A stretch of 58,765 nucleotides of DNA from an uncultured Eubacteriales bacterium (GTDB lineage: Bacteria > Bacillota > Clostridia > Oscillospirales > Acutalibacteraceae), in NCBI GenBank assembly GCA_964634675.1, contig CAZWLH010000001.1, positions 1 to 58,765 on the forward strand, written 5' to 3'. Below, one piece after another: positions 34,910 to 44,863 of this stretch (the first letter of the stretch is position 1; every line of letters begins with the position of its first letter). The position numbers were made by a program, and so were the translations under genes. The notes below the pieces were generated by a model, which saw nothing but the letters and a program-made list of their open reading frames with translations, had not been told where the DNA came from and ran no database searches.

Positions 34910-36271
34910 CTATTTTCCGACACAGAATTTTTCAAACACCTTGTTGGCCACCTCGACCGTGACTCGCTCACCCGTAAGCTCCATAAGAGCCGACAGTGCA
35001 TCATCTGTCAAAACGCCGACCGCATCGACCGTAACACCGCTTCGCAGAGCCGATATCGCCTCGGTCACCGAGCCGAGCGCCCTTTTTGCACAGTCTCGCT
35101 GACGCTCGTTGAGGTATACCGCGGCATCACCGCCGAGCGATGCGGTTCCCGTAACGGTCTTTACCGCCGAAACAAATTCTTCGAGCCCCGTGCCCTCCTT
35201 TGCCGACATAACGACATACGGCATTTCCAAGGCTTCCCGGTCAATGCTTTGCGAAAAGCCCTTATCCGATTTGTTCAGCACCGCAACCGACGGTCGCTGT
35301 GCCGCAAACCTTAAAAGCTCCCTGTCACAGTCGGTCAATTCTCCGCTTCCGTCAATGACCGCTATCACAAGGTCGGCCGATTCGAGCCGATCGCGCGTCA
35401 GCCTGACACCGAGCTGCTCTATTTCGTCGTCACTGTCTCTGAGTCCGGCGGTATCGCTGACCCTCAGAACAATATCCTGTAAGGTGACGGTTTCTTCTAT
35501 TATATCACGTGTTGTGCCGGCTATCGGAGTGACTATCGAACGTTCAAAGCCCGAAAGCAGATTCATCAGGGTCGATTTCCCCGCATTCGGCGAACCGGCG
35601 ATAACGGTGTTTATGCCGTGCTTTATCATCCGCCCCGTGTCATAATCCCGGCAAAGTCGGCAAAGCTCCGTTTCTGCATCACAGAGCATAGCTTCAAGCC
35701 CGTCTATTCCGCTGAATTCCGGCTCCTCATCGGGATAGTCGGAAAACGCCGCAACCGTTGCCGCCGCAAAGGTAAGCGCTTCCTTGACCTTTGTACACTT
35801 TTTGGAAATCGCACCCTGCTTTACCGCCATAGATGCACGCAGGGCCTGCTCGCCGTCGGCCGAAATAATATCCATTACCGCTTCGGCTTCGGCAAGATCC
35901 ATTTTTCCGTTTTCAAAGGCCCTTCTCGTAAACTCACCCTTTTCCGCCATCACGGCACCGGCATCAAGCACGGTACGGAGCACCTTTTTCACAACATATT
36001 CTCCGCCGTGCACCGACAGCTCTACCGTATCCTCACCTGTGTAGCTTTTCGGTGCTCTGAACACCAAAGCAACGGCCTCATCGGTTTTTTCGCCGTTTGA
36101 GACGATATATCCGAAAAGAGCGGTATATCCCTTTTGGTCGCAAAGCTTCTTGGAGGACACCGAACAAAAGACCCTGTCGGCCGTTTCTATCGCTCGGTCG
36201 CCCGATATTCTGATTATTCCTATTCCGCCGCTGCCCGACGGAGTTGCGACTGCGGCAACCGTTCTGCTCAT
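34910..36271 (-). CDS. mnmE: tRNA modification GTPase MnmE (TrmE)
   Basis: 453 aa with G-domain motifs (GSPNAGKSTLMN, DTAG, NKSD) and a C-terminal CVGK. Confidence 0.95.
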   Translation of the reverse strand: MSRTVAAVATPSGSGGIGIIRISGDRAIETADRVFCSVSSKKLCDQKGYTALFGYIVSNGEKTDEAVALVFRAPKSYTGEDTVELSVHGGEYVVKKVLRTVLDAGAVMAEKGEFTRRAFENGKMDLAEAEAVMDIISADGEQALRASMAVKQGAISKKCTKVKEALTFAAATVAAFSDYPDEEPEFSGIDGLEAMLCDAETELCRLCRDYDTGRMIKHGINTVIAGSPNAGKSTLMNLLSGFERSIVTPIAGTTRDIIEETVTLQDIVLRVSDTAGLRDSDDEIEQLGVRLTRDRLESADLVIAVIDGSGELTDCDRELLRFAAQRPSVAVLNKSDKGFSQSIDREALEMPYVVMSAKEGTGLEEFVSAVKTVTGTASLGGDAAVYLNERQRDCAKRALGSVTEAISALRSGVTVDAVGVLTDDALSALMELTGERVTVEVANKVFEKFCVGK

Positions 36272-36417
36272 TTTTCATCCTACCTTTGAAAATATATGTA
36301 ACGCTCTATTATACACCTTTGTTCCCGATAAAGTCAATCAAAAGCGACGATTATTCGCACCGTTTTGACAATTTTTTCGAAACCGCAAGTCTTAATACCA
36401 AACTTTTAAATTGGGTA

Positions 36418-36446
36418 TTGTAAATTTTAAAGCTTTAGTGTAAAAT
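36418..36446 (+). promoter_or_regulatory. Sigma-70-type promoter of lepA
   Basis: TTGTAA (36418-36423), 17 nt, TAAAAT (36441-36446) with TG at -15/-14. Confidence 0.45.
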
Positions 36447-36522
36447 ATAGAGTGATGAAATATATACTTAAATATTCGGCTGACTAAAGTTTGATCGGTC
36501 GAATCGTATTAAAGGAGCAACA

Positions 36523-38328
36523 ATGTCAATACCACAGAAACGCATCAGAAATTTTTGCATAATAGCTCACATCGACCACGGCAAATCGACCTTGGCCGAC
36601 CGCCTGCTTGAGCATACCGAAACGGTTGCCGAGCGTGATATGGAGGATCAGCTTCTTGACAGCATGGAGCTTGAGAGGGAACGCGGAATCACCATTAAAT
36701 CCCACGCCGTCACCCTTTATTATAAGGACTCGGACGGTCTTGAATACGAATTCAACCTGATCGACACTCCCGGACACGTCGACTTCAACTATGAGGTCTC
36801 AAGGTCTTTGGCGGCCTGCGAGGGTGCAATACTCATCGTCGATGCCTCACAGGGCATTGAAGCGCAGACCCTTGCCAACACATATCTGGCGGTCGACCAC
36901 GGTCTTGAGCTTTTGCCGGTCGTCAATAAGATCGACCTGCCGAGTGCCGACCCCGAGCGTGTGCGCCGTGACATTGAGGACGTTATCGGCATTGAAGCGG
37001 CCGATGCACCGCTCATTTCGGCAAAAAACGACATAAATATTCCCGAAGTGCTTCATCAGATAGTCACCCGGATACCTGCTCCGACGGGAGATAAGGACAA
37101 GCCGCTCAAGGCGCTGATATTCGACTCCTACTATGATGCTTATAAGGGTGTTATAGTATACTTCCGTGTTATGGAGGGTGAGGTTCACCCCGGTATGACC
37201 ATAAAAATGATGGCTACAGGTGCCGAATTCGACGTTGTCGAGGTCGGAAGAAAGCGCGGCAACGTGATGACACCCTGCTCTTCGCTTTCGGCAGGTGAGG
37301 TCGGCTATATCGCCGCTTCGATAAAGAATGTCGCAGATGCACGTGTCGGTGACACGCTGACCGATGCCGCCCGTCCCGCCGCAGAGCCGCTCGACGGCTA
37401 TCGCAAGGTAAATCCCGTGGTTTTCTGCGGTATATACCCTGCCGACGGCGCACATTACACCGACCTTCGTGAAGCTTTGGAAAAGCTTCAGCTCAACGAT
37501 GCATCACTGCTCTTTGAAGCCGAAACCTCGGGTGCTCTCGGCTTCGGCTTCAGATGCGGCTTCTTGGGACTTCTTCATATGGAGATAATTCAGGAGCGCC
37601 TGGAGCGTGAATACAACCTTGACCTTGTCACCACCGCACCGAGTGTTGAGTATAAGTTCGAGCTTACAACGGGTGAGACCGTCACGGTCGCAAACCCGAC
37701 CAACTATCCCGACCCTGCGACCATTACCTGCGCTTTGGAGCCGGTGGCCGACGTCAATATATACAGCCCGAGTGAATATGTCGGTGCTATAATGGGTCTT
37801 TGCCAGGAGCGCCGGGGCGAATACATCGGTATGAACTATATCGGTGACCGTGTCGATATGCACTATATTTTGCCGGTCGGCGAAATCGTTTATGACTTCT
37901 TCGATGCCCTCAAGTCACGTACAAGGGGCTATGCCAGCTATGATTACGAGATAAAGGAGTACCGTCCCTCGAAGCTTGTGAAGCTTGACGTTCTGCTTGC
38001 AGGCGACGTTGTCGATGCACTTTCCTTCATAGTTCATTCCGACAACGCATATGCACGTGCAAGACGTATCGCCGAAAAGCTTAAGGACTATATTCCCCGT
38101 CAGCTCTTCGAGGTTCCGATACAGGTCGCCGTCGGCGGCAAAATAATTGCGCGCGAGACCGTCAAGGCAATGCGTAAGGATGTTCTGGCCAAGTGCTACG
38201 GCGGTGACATCACACGAAAGAAGAAGCTTCTCGAAAAGCAGAAGGAAGGCAAAAAGCGTATGCGTCAGCTGGGCTCGGTCGAGGTTCCGCAGGAGGCGTT
38301 TATGGCCGTTCTTAAGCTTGACGAATAA
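36523..38328 (+). CDS. lepA: Translation elongation factor 4 (LepA)
   Basis: 601 aa with motifs [20 protein letters not shown] and DTPGHVDF, plus the LepA C-terminal domain. Confidence 0.95.
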   Translation: MSIPQKRIRNFCIIAHIDHGKSTLADRLLEHTETVAERDMEDQLLDSMELERERGITIKSHAVTLYYKDSDGLEYEFNLIDTPGHVDFNYEVSRSLAACEGAILIVDASQGIEAQTLANTYLAVDHGLELLPVVNKIDLPSADPERVRRDIEDVIGIEAADAPLISAKNDINIPEVLHQIVTRIPAPTGDKDKPLKALIFDSYYDAYKGVIVYFRVMEGEVHPGMTIKMMATGAEFDVVEVGRKRGNVMTPCSSLSAGEVGYIAASIKNVADARVGDTLTDAARPAAEPLDGYRKVNPVVFCGIYPADGAHYTDLREALEKLQLNDASLLFEAETSGALGFGFRCGFLGLLHMEIIQERLEREYNLDLVTTAPSVEYKFELTTGETVTVANPTNYPDPATITCALEPVADVNIYSPSEYVGAIMGLCQERRGEYIGMNYIGDRVDMHYILPVGEIVYDFFDALKSRTRGYASYDYEIKEYRPSKLVKLDVLLAGDVVDALSFIVHSDNAYARARRIAEKLKDYIPRQLFEVPIQVAVGGKIIARETVKAMRKDVLAKCYGGDITRKKKLLEKQKEGKKRMRQLGSVEVPQEAFMAVLKLDE

Positions 38329-38435
38329 ATTTCTTTGCGATATTTTAAAATTTTTCAAAAAAATTAACAGATTATCTTTATTATTTTCCCGTAATGGTGT
38401 AAAATAGTAACGATAAGTTTTGTAGGGGTGGAATT

Positions 38436-38783
38436 ATGGCAAACAAAATAAGGATAACGGTCGGAGGTATCGACTACATAATTTCGTCGCAGGATGACGA
38501 GACCTATGTTCGCAAGATAGGCGACGAGCTTAATACAAAGCTTGATTCGCTGGCTCGAAGCAATCCGTATCTTTCAACGGCGATGGTCGCTATCCTTGCG
38601 GCACTCGACTATCTTGATTCTTCGAAAAAGGCAACTGCGGCCATCGAAGAGGTCAAGGCCGATCTTAAAAGCACCTCGGAGGAGCTTGCCTGTGCACGTC
38701 TTGAGATCGACGGCGCAAGGCGTGAGATCGAACGTCTTAACCGTGAGAACCGTCAGCTTCGCATAGGTAAGAGCGCATTATGA
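38436..38783 (+). CDS. zapA: Cell division protein ZapA
   Basis: 115 aa with a ZapA-like N-terminal domain (IRITVGGIDYIISSQDDETYVRKIG) and a C-terminal coiled coil. Confidence 0.8.
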   Translation: MANKIRITVGGIDYIISSQDDETYVRKIGDELNTKLDSLARSNPYLSTAMVAILAALDYLDSSKKATAAIEEVKADLKSTSEELACARLEIDGARREIERLNRENRQLRIGKSAL

Positions 38784-40840
38784 CCGAGGTTTTAGCACCT
38801 GCCGGAACGTCCGAGGCCTTTAACGCCGCAGTCTTATCGGGAGCCGATGCGGTCTACTTCGGTGCAGGCTCATTCAACGCGCGCCGAAACGCAAAAAACT
38901 TCACCGACGAAGAAATGCGCCGTTGTGTGGAATTTGCAAGAATAAGAGGGGTCAAAACCTATCTTACACTTAATACACTTACAGCCAACAGTGAACTGTC
39001 GGCTGCTCTTGCAGTTGCCGAAAAAGCGGCCGAAATCGGTGTTGATGCACTCATCGTGCAGGATTTGGGGCTGATAAGGCTTTTGAGACGTCATCTTCCG
39101 AATATGCCGTTGCACGCCTCGACTCAAATGTCGGTGCACAGTGCCGATGCCCTGAGACCTCTTGCCGAAATGGGCTTTGAGCGTGTCGTTATCGCAAGAG
39201 AATGTGACAAAAGCACGATTTCATCGATATGCAAAACGGCAAAAGAGCTCGGCATGGAGGTCGAAGCCTTCATCCACGGTGCTCTTTGTATGTGCCTTTC
39301 GGGACAGTGCTATTTGAGCAGTTTGCTCGGCGGACGAAGCGGCAACCGCGGCCTTTGCGCTCAGCCATGCCGCCTGCCCTTCGCCGTCAGCGGCGGCACG
39401 GGCAACGATCTTAGCCTTAAGGATATGAGCCTCATTTCGCATATCGGTGAAATGGCCGATATGGGTGTCACCTCGTTTAAAATCGAAGGCCGTATGAAGC
39501 GGCCGGAATATGTTGCGGCAGCTGTCACCGCAGTGCGAGCCGCGGCCGACGGGAAAGCCGTTCCTTCCGAGGTTTCGGAGCTTTTATCGGGTCTTTTCTC
39601 GAGGAGCGGACACACCGACGGCTACTATTTCGGGAAAACCGGCCGTGATATGTTCGGTATCCGCACCGATGCGGACGAAAAGCTCGCTGCCAAAAGCATA
39701 AACGCCGCACACGAGCTTTACCGCCGTGAGACCGGCCGTGTCGTCCTTTCGGCCGAGTTTGAGGCGTTAAAGGATAAACCCTTTTGCCTCACTCTTTCCG
39801 ACGGACGGAACACCGTTTCGGTGTCGGGCACCGTTCCGAGAACTGCCGAAAGCCGACCGCTCTGTGCTTCCTTTGTTGCAGAAAAGCTTCAAAAAAGCGG
39901 AGGAACTCCTTATACCGTTGAACATGTCGGTTGCCGAATCGGCGACGGTCTTTCGGTCGGCGGCTCGGAGCTCAACGCCGCAAAAAGAGAGGCCTTTGAA
40001 AAAATGTCGGCGCTCCGTGCGGCTGCCGATCGTACCCGTTTAAACGGCAGCACGGTATCAAGCTTTTCTCTGCCCGACCGCCGTATTTCAAATGCACTGC
40101 CGAAGCGCATCGCACGCTTTGCACGTGCAGAGCAGCTATGCGGCTCACTTGACGGTTTGTCGGCGATAATCCTGCCCGTTGAATGTGATTTCGAGGCCGT
40201 AAAGCACTGTGATATTCCCGTTTTGGCCGAGCTTCCGAGAGGTGTTATGCACAGCACCGCAAAATATGAGGAGCTTTTGACAAAGGCCAAGCAATCGGGC
40301 GTAAGGGCCGCCGTTTGCGGCAATCTCGCAGCGTTTGAAACGGCTCGGCGTGTCGGTATTGCAACCGTTGCCGATTTCGGAATGAACATATATAACACTG
40401 TGTCACTCGAAGCCGTTGCCGAAATGGGCGCTTCGGCCGCAGCACTGTCCTTCGAAATGTCACTGTCACAAGCCGTTCGTTGCGGCACCGATATGCCGAA
40501 GGGGATCATTTCCTACGGACGGCTGCCGCTTATGCTCTTCAAAAACTGCCCCGGCAAAAACGGCCGCGGCTGTAAGGAGTGCGGCGGTCACTGTGAGCTT
40601 TCTGACCGCAAGGGTATAAGCTTCCCCGTTATGTGCCGAGGTGAATTTTCCGAGCTGTTCAACTCCCGTCCCGTTTGGATGTTCGACCGCCGTGCCGAAA
40701 TGCGCGGTCTCGACTTTGAAATACTGTATTTTACCGACGAAGCCCCAGAGCGCTGTGCCCGTGTTTTGACTCTCGGCACTTCGGATTCGTCACCCGATGT
40801 TGATTTCACTCGCGGTCTTTACTACCGTGAAGTGTTTTAG
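38780..40840 (+). CDS. U32 family peptidase-like protein (long form)
   Basis: 686 aa with U32 signature regions (EVEAFIHGALCMCLSGQCYLSS; SGNRGLCAQPCR). It overlaps zapA by 4 nt. Confidence 0.85.
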   Translation: MTEVLAPAGTSEAFNAAVLSGADAVYFGAGSFNARRNAKNFTDEEMRRCVEFARIRGVKTYLTLNTLTANSELSAALAVAEKAAEIGVDALIVQDLGLIRLLRRHLPNMPLHASTQMSVHSADALRPLAEMGFERVVIARECDKSTISSICKTAKELGMEVEAFIHGALCMCLSGQCYLSSLLGGRSGNRGLCAQPCRLPFAVSGGTGNDLSLKDMSLISHIGEMADMGVTSFKIEGRMKRPEYVAAAVTAVRAAADGKAVPSEVSELLSGLFSRSGHTDGYYFGKTGRDMFGIRTDADEKLAAKSINAAHELYRRETGRVVLSAEFEALKDKPFCLTLSDGRNTVSVSGTVPRTAESRPLCASFVAEKLQKSGGTPYTVEHVGCRIGDGLSVGGSELNAAKREAFEKMSALRAAADRTRLNGSTVSSFSLPDRRISNALPKRIARFARAEQLCGSLDGLSAIILPVECDFEAVKHCDIPVLAELPRGVMHSTAKYEELLTKAKQSGVRAAVCGNLAAFETARRVGIATVADFGMNIYNTVSLEAVAEMGASAAALSFEMSLSQAVRCGTDMPKGIISYGRLPLMLFKNCPGKNGRGCKECGGHCELSDRKGISFPVMCRGEFSELFNSRPVWMFDRRAEMRGLDFEILYFTDEAPERCARVLTLGTSDSSPDVDFTRGLYYREVF

Positions 40841-40858
40841 AAAAAAGAGGTAATAGAA

Positions 40859-42769
40859 ATGGAAAAGAAAAGCTTTAAGGCCGAATCGGAACGCCTACTC
40901 GACCTTATGATCAACTCGATCTACACCAACAAGGATATCTTCCTGCGTGAGATCATCTCCAATGCGAGCGATGCCGTCGACAAGCTCCACTACATCTCGC
41001 TGACCGATGAATCGGTTCGTGAAAAGTGCGGAGAATTCGGCATAAGCATCAAGCTCGACAAGGAAGCCCGCACGATAACCGTTTCGGATAACGGTATCGG
41101 TATGGACGGCAAGGAAATCGAGGAAAACCTCGGTACTATTGCCAAAAGCGGTTCGCTCACCTTCAAAAAGGAGCTTGCCGAAAAGGAAAATGCCGAAAAC
41201 GGCAGTGCCGATATCATCGGTCAGTTCGGTGTCGGCTTCTACTCCGCATTTATGGTTGCCGACGAGGTCACCGTCATAACCAAAAAGTACAACAGCGACA
41301 CTGCCTATAAGTGGGTAAGCTCAGGCTGCGACGGCTATACCGTCACCGAATGTGAAAAGGACGGCTGCGGTACCGACATCATTATGCACATAAAGCCCGA
41401 TACCGACGACGAAAAATATTCGGAACATCTTGATTCCTACCGCATAAGCGGACTTATCAAGCAGTATTCGGACTATATCCGCTATCCGATAAAGGCCGAG
41501 GTCGAAAGAACCGAAAATACCGCCGCAGAGGGTGAAGAGCCCAAGTACGAAACGGTCAAAAGAATCGAGACCCTCAACAGTATGGTGCCGATCTGGCAGC
41601 GTCCCAAGTCGGAGGTTTCGGACGAGGAATGCAACCGTTATTACAAGGATAAGTTTATGGACTTTTCCGACCCGATGCTCACCGTCCGTGTCAACGCCGA
41701 CGGACTTGTTTCGTATAAGGCAATGCTTTTCATCCCCTCAAAGGTGCCCTACGGATATTTCACCAAGGAATTCGAAAAGGGCTTGCAGCTTTATTCCTCG
41801 GGCGTTTTGATAATGGACAAATGCGAACAGCTTTTGCCCGACCATTTCCGTTTTGTCAAGGGTGTTGTCGACACTCAGGATCTGTCGCTCAACATTTCGA
41901 GAGAAATGCTTCAGAACGACCGTCAGCTTAAAACAATCGCCCAAAGCATCGAAAAGAAGATAAAATCCGAGCTTAAAAAGCTTTTGGAGAATGACCCCGA
42001 AAAGTATGCGGAATTCTGGAAAAACTTCGGTATTCAGATAAAATACGGCGTTGTAAGCGATTACGGTCTGCACAAGGATGCCGTTATGGATCTGCTTGTT
42101 TTCCGTTCCTCCGATTCCGATAAGTTCACCACATTAAAGGACTATGTCGGACGTATGAAGGAGGAGCAGAAGTATATCTACTATGCCTGCGGCGAAAGTG
42201 CCGAAAAAATCGCGGCTCTGCCCCAAACCGAGCTTTGCCGTGACAAGGGTTATGAGATGCTTTATCTCACCGACGATGTCGACGAATTTGTCGTAAACGG
42301 CATCGGAAAATTCGAGGATAAGGAATTCAAGGCGGTTGATGCCGAGGATTCGGGACTGCTTTCCGACGAAGAGAAAAAGAAGTCCGATGAGATCAGAGAG
42401 TCCAACAAGGAGCTTTGCGAATTCGTCAAAAACGCCGTCGGCGACGAAATAGCCTCCTGCGTTGTGTCCGACAAGCTCAAAACGCACCCCGTATTCCTTT
42501 CGACCACCGGCTCCGTAACCCTTGAAATGGAGAAATACTTCGCCATGATGCCCGGTGACGAGCAGAAGCCCAAGGCCGAAAAGGTGCTTGAGCTCAACCC
42601 CGAGCACCCGATCTTCGAGACCTTGAAAAACGCCTTCGAAACCGATAAGGACAAAGCCGAAAAACTCGCTAAAATACTGAGTGCACAGGCAAGACTCATT
42701 GCAGGTCTGCCGGTATCGGATGCGGTCGGCTACTGCGATTCGGTATGCGACATTTTGGCCGGTAAATAA
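40859..42769 (+). CDS. htpG: Molecular chaperone HtpG (Hsp90)
   Basis: 636 aa with motifs FLRELISNASDA and GQFGVGFYSAF. Confidence 0.95.
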   Translation: MEKKSFKAESERLLDLMINSIYTNKDIFLREIISNASDAVDKLHYISLTDESVREKCGEFGISIKLDKEARTITVSDNGIGMDGKEIEENLGTIAKSGSLTFKKELAEKENAENGSADIIGQFGVGFYSAFMVADEVTVITKKYNSDTAYKWVSSGCDGYTVTECEKDGCGTDIIMHIKPDTDDEKYSEHLDSYRISGLIKQYSDYIRYPIKAEVERTENTAAEGEEPKYETVKRIETLNSMVPIWQRPKSEVSDEECNRYYKDKFMDFSDPMLTVRVNADGLVSYKAMLFIPSKVPYGYFTKEFEKGLQLYSSGVLIMDKCEQLLPDHFRFVKGVVDTQDLSLNISREMLQNDRQLKTIAQSIEKKIKSELKKLLENDPEKYAEFWKNFGIQIKYGVVSDYGLHKDAVMDLLVFRSSDSDKFTTLKDYVGRMKEEQKYIYYACGESAEKIAALPQTELCRDKGYEMLYLTDDVDEFVVNGIGKFEDKEFKAVDAEDSGLLSDEEKKKSDEIRESNKELCEFVKNAVGDEIASCVVSDKLKTHPVFLSTTGSVTLEMEKYFAMMPGDEQKPKAEKVLELNPEHPIFETLKNAFETDKDKAEKLAKILSAQARLIAGLPVSDAVGYCDSVCDILAGK

Positions 42770-42771
42770 TT

Positions 42772-43032
42772 ATGGGACTGTATATCAGATATTTTATAAT
42801 TTGGCTTCTGTTTATGGCAATGATTGCCGCAGTTGCCTTGATCGTTCCTAAAATTTCCAAGCCGATCGAGCGCTGGATAAACGAAAAGCGCCGCAAAATG
42901 CATTCCGAGCGTGAAGAAGAGCAGTGCGAACAGCCCTCTCTCGCCGAATTTCTGGCAGCCGCCGACACCGTCGAGGAAAAAGCTTCGGAAGGTGCGGAAG
43001 AAAACCGAAGCTCTTGCGAAGGACTTCGGTAA
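42772..43032 (+). CDS. Small hypothetical membrane protein
   Basis: 86 aa with one N-terminal TM helix and an acidic tail. The ATG lies 2 nt after the htpG stop and there is no clear RBS. Confidence 0.4.
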   Translation: MGLYIRYFIIWLLFMAMIAAVALIVPKISKPIERWINEKRRKMHSEREEEQCEQPSLAEFLAAADTVEEKASEGAEENRSSCEGLR

Positions 43033-43077
43033 AAGTATGTTTATTTCGTCTCCCGCGGGTAACAATACCCATGGGAG

Positions 43078-43308
43078 ATGATTTTTTTGAGCAAAAAACA
43101 AGCTGAAAACGGCAAACGGCCCATAGCCGCTCCGTCGGCCGAGCCGTTTTACGGTCAACCGGCAACGGCCGAGGATGTTGTAAACAAATACGGCACCTAT
43201 AATATCCAGCCGACCGCCGACACCGATGATTTTTTCCCGACAATAGCCGAAGGGATGCCTCGGGGTGGCTTTTCAACCGTTGAGCCGACCGAAACACCCC
43301 GCAAATAA
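43078..43308 (+). CDS. Small hypothetical protein
   Basis: 76-aa ORF. TTG 43087 has better RBS spacing (GGGAG, 9 nt). No family recognised. Confidence 0.4.
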   Translation: MIFLSKKQAENGKRPIAAPSAEPFYGQPATAEDVVNKYGTYNIQPTADTDDFFPTIAEGMPRGGFSTVEPTETPRK

Positions 43309-43310
43309 GG

Positions 43311-43358
43311 AAAGCCTTTCGGACGAGTGCAGCTTGCACTTTACCGAAAGGCCTTTTT
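43311..43358. terminator. Terminator hairpin between convergent genes
   Basis: AAAGCCTTTCGG ... CCGAAAGGCC outer stem with an inner GTGCA-gct-TGCAC stem, followed by TTTTT. Confidence 0.65.
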
Positions 43359-43369
43359 AATTTCTAAAA

Positions 43370-43840
43370 TCAAATGTTGTCTTCAATACTTAAATTTCGC
43401 ATATTTTCGCTGATGCTCTCAAGAGCCTTATAGAAAAGCTCACGCTGAGTTTCCGAAAGGTTTCTTCCACCGAGCTCAACTGCGTGCTCGACCGAATGAC
43501 GCATTTCCTCGGCAACACGTGTTCCCTCAACGGTCAACTTGATTTTCGCACGGTAGAGGCTTTTGCCGGTAACGCTTTCACGTTCGGCAAGACCCTTTTC
43601 CTCAAGAGTCGCAAGTGCTCTCGAAACATCGGCCTTGTTTTTATCGCAGGCCTTGCCGAGATCGACCGAATTAAGTCCTTCCGGATTGCGGTAAAGTGCC
43701 ATCAAATATTGAATAAATGCACCCTTTAAACCGTACTTTTTCATTGCCTTGGCGGCAATCTGGCGCCAATAGCGGTTTATTTCTATTACAGCACCCGTAA
43801 ATCTTTCGAATCTGTCAAAACTGTTGGTCATTGTTAACAC
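43370..43840 (-). CDS. MarR family transcriptional regulator
   Basis: 156 aa with a winged HTH (LNSVDLGKACDKNKADVSRALATLEEKGLAERE). Confidence 0.85.
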   Translation of the reverse strand: MLTMTNSFDRFERFTGAVIEINRYWRQIAAKAMKKYGLKGAFIQYLMALYRNPEGLNSVDLGKACDKNKADVSRALATLEEKGLAERESVTGKSLYRAKIKLTVEGTRVAEEMRHSVEHAVELGGRNLSETQRELFYKALESISENMRNLSIEDNI

Positions 43841-43880
43841 TCCTAAAGAGGCACGCTTTTTTCGTCACCCCTTATGTGAC

Positions 43881-43916
43881 ATAATACCGCAAAATTGTTG
43901 ATTTGTCAACAATTTT
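43881..43916 (-). promoter_or_regulatory. marR promoter overlapped by a 26-bp palindrome (candidate MarR operator)
   Basis: On the minus strand: TTGACA (43909-43904), 17 nt, TATTAT (43886-43881). The palindrome AAAATTGTTGA-tttg-TCAACAATTTT (43891-43916) covers the -35. Confidence 0.55.
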
Positions 43917-43979
43917 CGACAAAAATATCACGCTTTGTATCACACTTTCGGTCACAGGTTGAGAAATATGCGAAACACA

Positions 43980-44651
43980 TCATTTTGCACGGCGTTTATT
44001 TTTGGATCTTAGGGTGCACACCGCCGAAAGAGTGAAGAAAAATACCGTCACCGCACCCGAAAACACGGTTACTGCGGCATTCTTTTTCAGTTCCTCGGTG
44101 TGCTTCTTTATCATTCCGCGCATTACGGCGTTGTCGGAATTGTATTTTTCCATGGTTTCGAAGAAGCCGTGAGCCGCCTCCTCATCGCCCTCGTCCCGGG
44201 CCGAGACCCAAAGCGAATAATACTCCTCATACAAGACCTTATTGTTGACAAAGTTCCCGTCGGTTCTTATCGAATGGCGCTTGTAGGCATAGTGTCCGCA
44301 AAAGCCGGCAAAGCAAAGCGTTATCGCAAATGACAGCACGGTAAATCCGGTCAGCATAACACGAACCGCACCCTTTTCGGCGAACAGACACCTTAAACGA
44401 TAAAAAAGATACCTCACGGTATAAAACATCGGCAACGGCTCCTTGCCGCTCATTTCGGCCTCTGCGTATCGGCGCTTGACCGCACCTGCCAAAAGCACGC
44501 CCGTCACAAACGGCACGCAGGCCGCAAAAAAAACTATTATCGCAACATTGCTGCCGAAATACATTATTATCATGGTCACAAGCATCACTGCGGCCGAAAG
44601 CAAGGCCAATATAACACCCGAAATATACCAAAAGTTCTTTTTATAGCCCAT
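43980..44651 (-). CDS. Hypothetical polytopic membrane protein
   Basis: Start set at ATG 44651 (AAGAGG 8 nt upstream), giving 223 aa with about 4 TM helices. It lies upstream of marR on the same strand. Confidence 0.55.
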   Translation of the reverse strand: MGYKKNFWYISGVILALLSAAVMLVTMIIMYFGSNVAIIVFFAACVPFVTGVLLAGAVKRRYAEAEMSGKEPLPMFYTVRYLFYRLRCLFAEKGAVRVMLTGFTVLSFAITLCFAGFCGHYAYKRHSIRTDGNFVNNKVLYEEYYSLWVSARDEGDEEAAHGFFETMEKYNSDNAVMRGMIKKHTEELKKNAAVTVFSGAVTVFFFTLSAVCTLRSKNKRRAK

Positions 44652-44775
44652 TTTTTGAACCTCTTTTATCACTGTTTCGTCCTATTGTACCACACAATCG
44701 CACCGATTTGAAACGTTTTTTCGAAAATTTACACTGTGTTAATAAAAAATATTGCTTTGCGAAACAAAAAAAGTG

Positions 44776-44804
44776 TTGTATATAGAACAAAAGTTTGGTA
44801 CAAT
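44776..44804 (+). promoter_or_regulatory. Sigma-70-type promoter with an SOS (LexA) box in the spacer
   Basis: TTGTAT (44776-44781), 17 nt, TACAAT (44799-44804). GAACAAAAGTTT (44785-44796) fits the Firmicutes LexA/Cheo core GAAC-N4-GTT(C/T). Confidence 0.6.
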
Positions 44805-44863
44805 ATAGTAAAATATATATATAAACGGCAAGCTGTATATTCTTGACGGCTGAAGGAGTAAAA

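Noticed and set aside
36272-36522. Replication origin (oriC) in the divergent mnmE/lepA intergenic region.
   Set aside because: The region is AT-rich and sits at a strand switch. It has no cluster of TTATCCACA-like DnaA boxes and no adjacent dnaA. It is kept only as a low-confidence polarity observation.
42772-43308. The two small ORFs after htpG are in the same reading frame, which could indicate a disrupted single gene (pseudogene) or stop-codon readthrough.
   Set aside because: They are separated by two in-frame stops within 10 codons (TAA 43030, TAA 43060). No family is recognisable to support a former single protein, so the evidence is insufficient.
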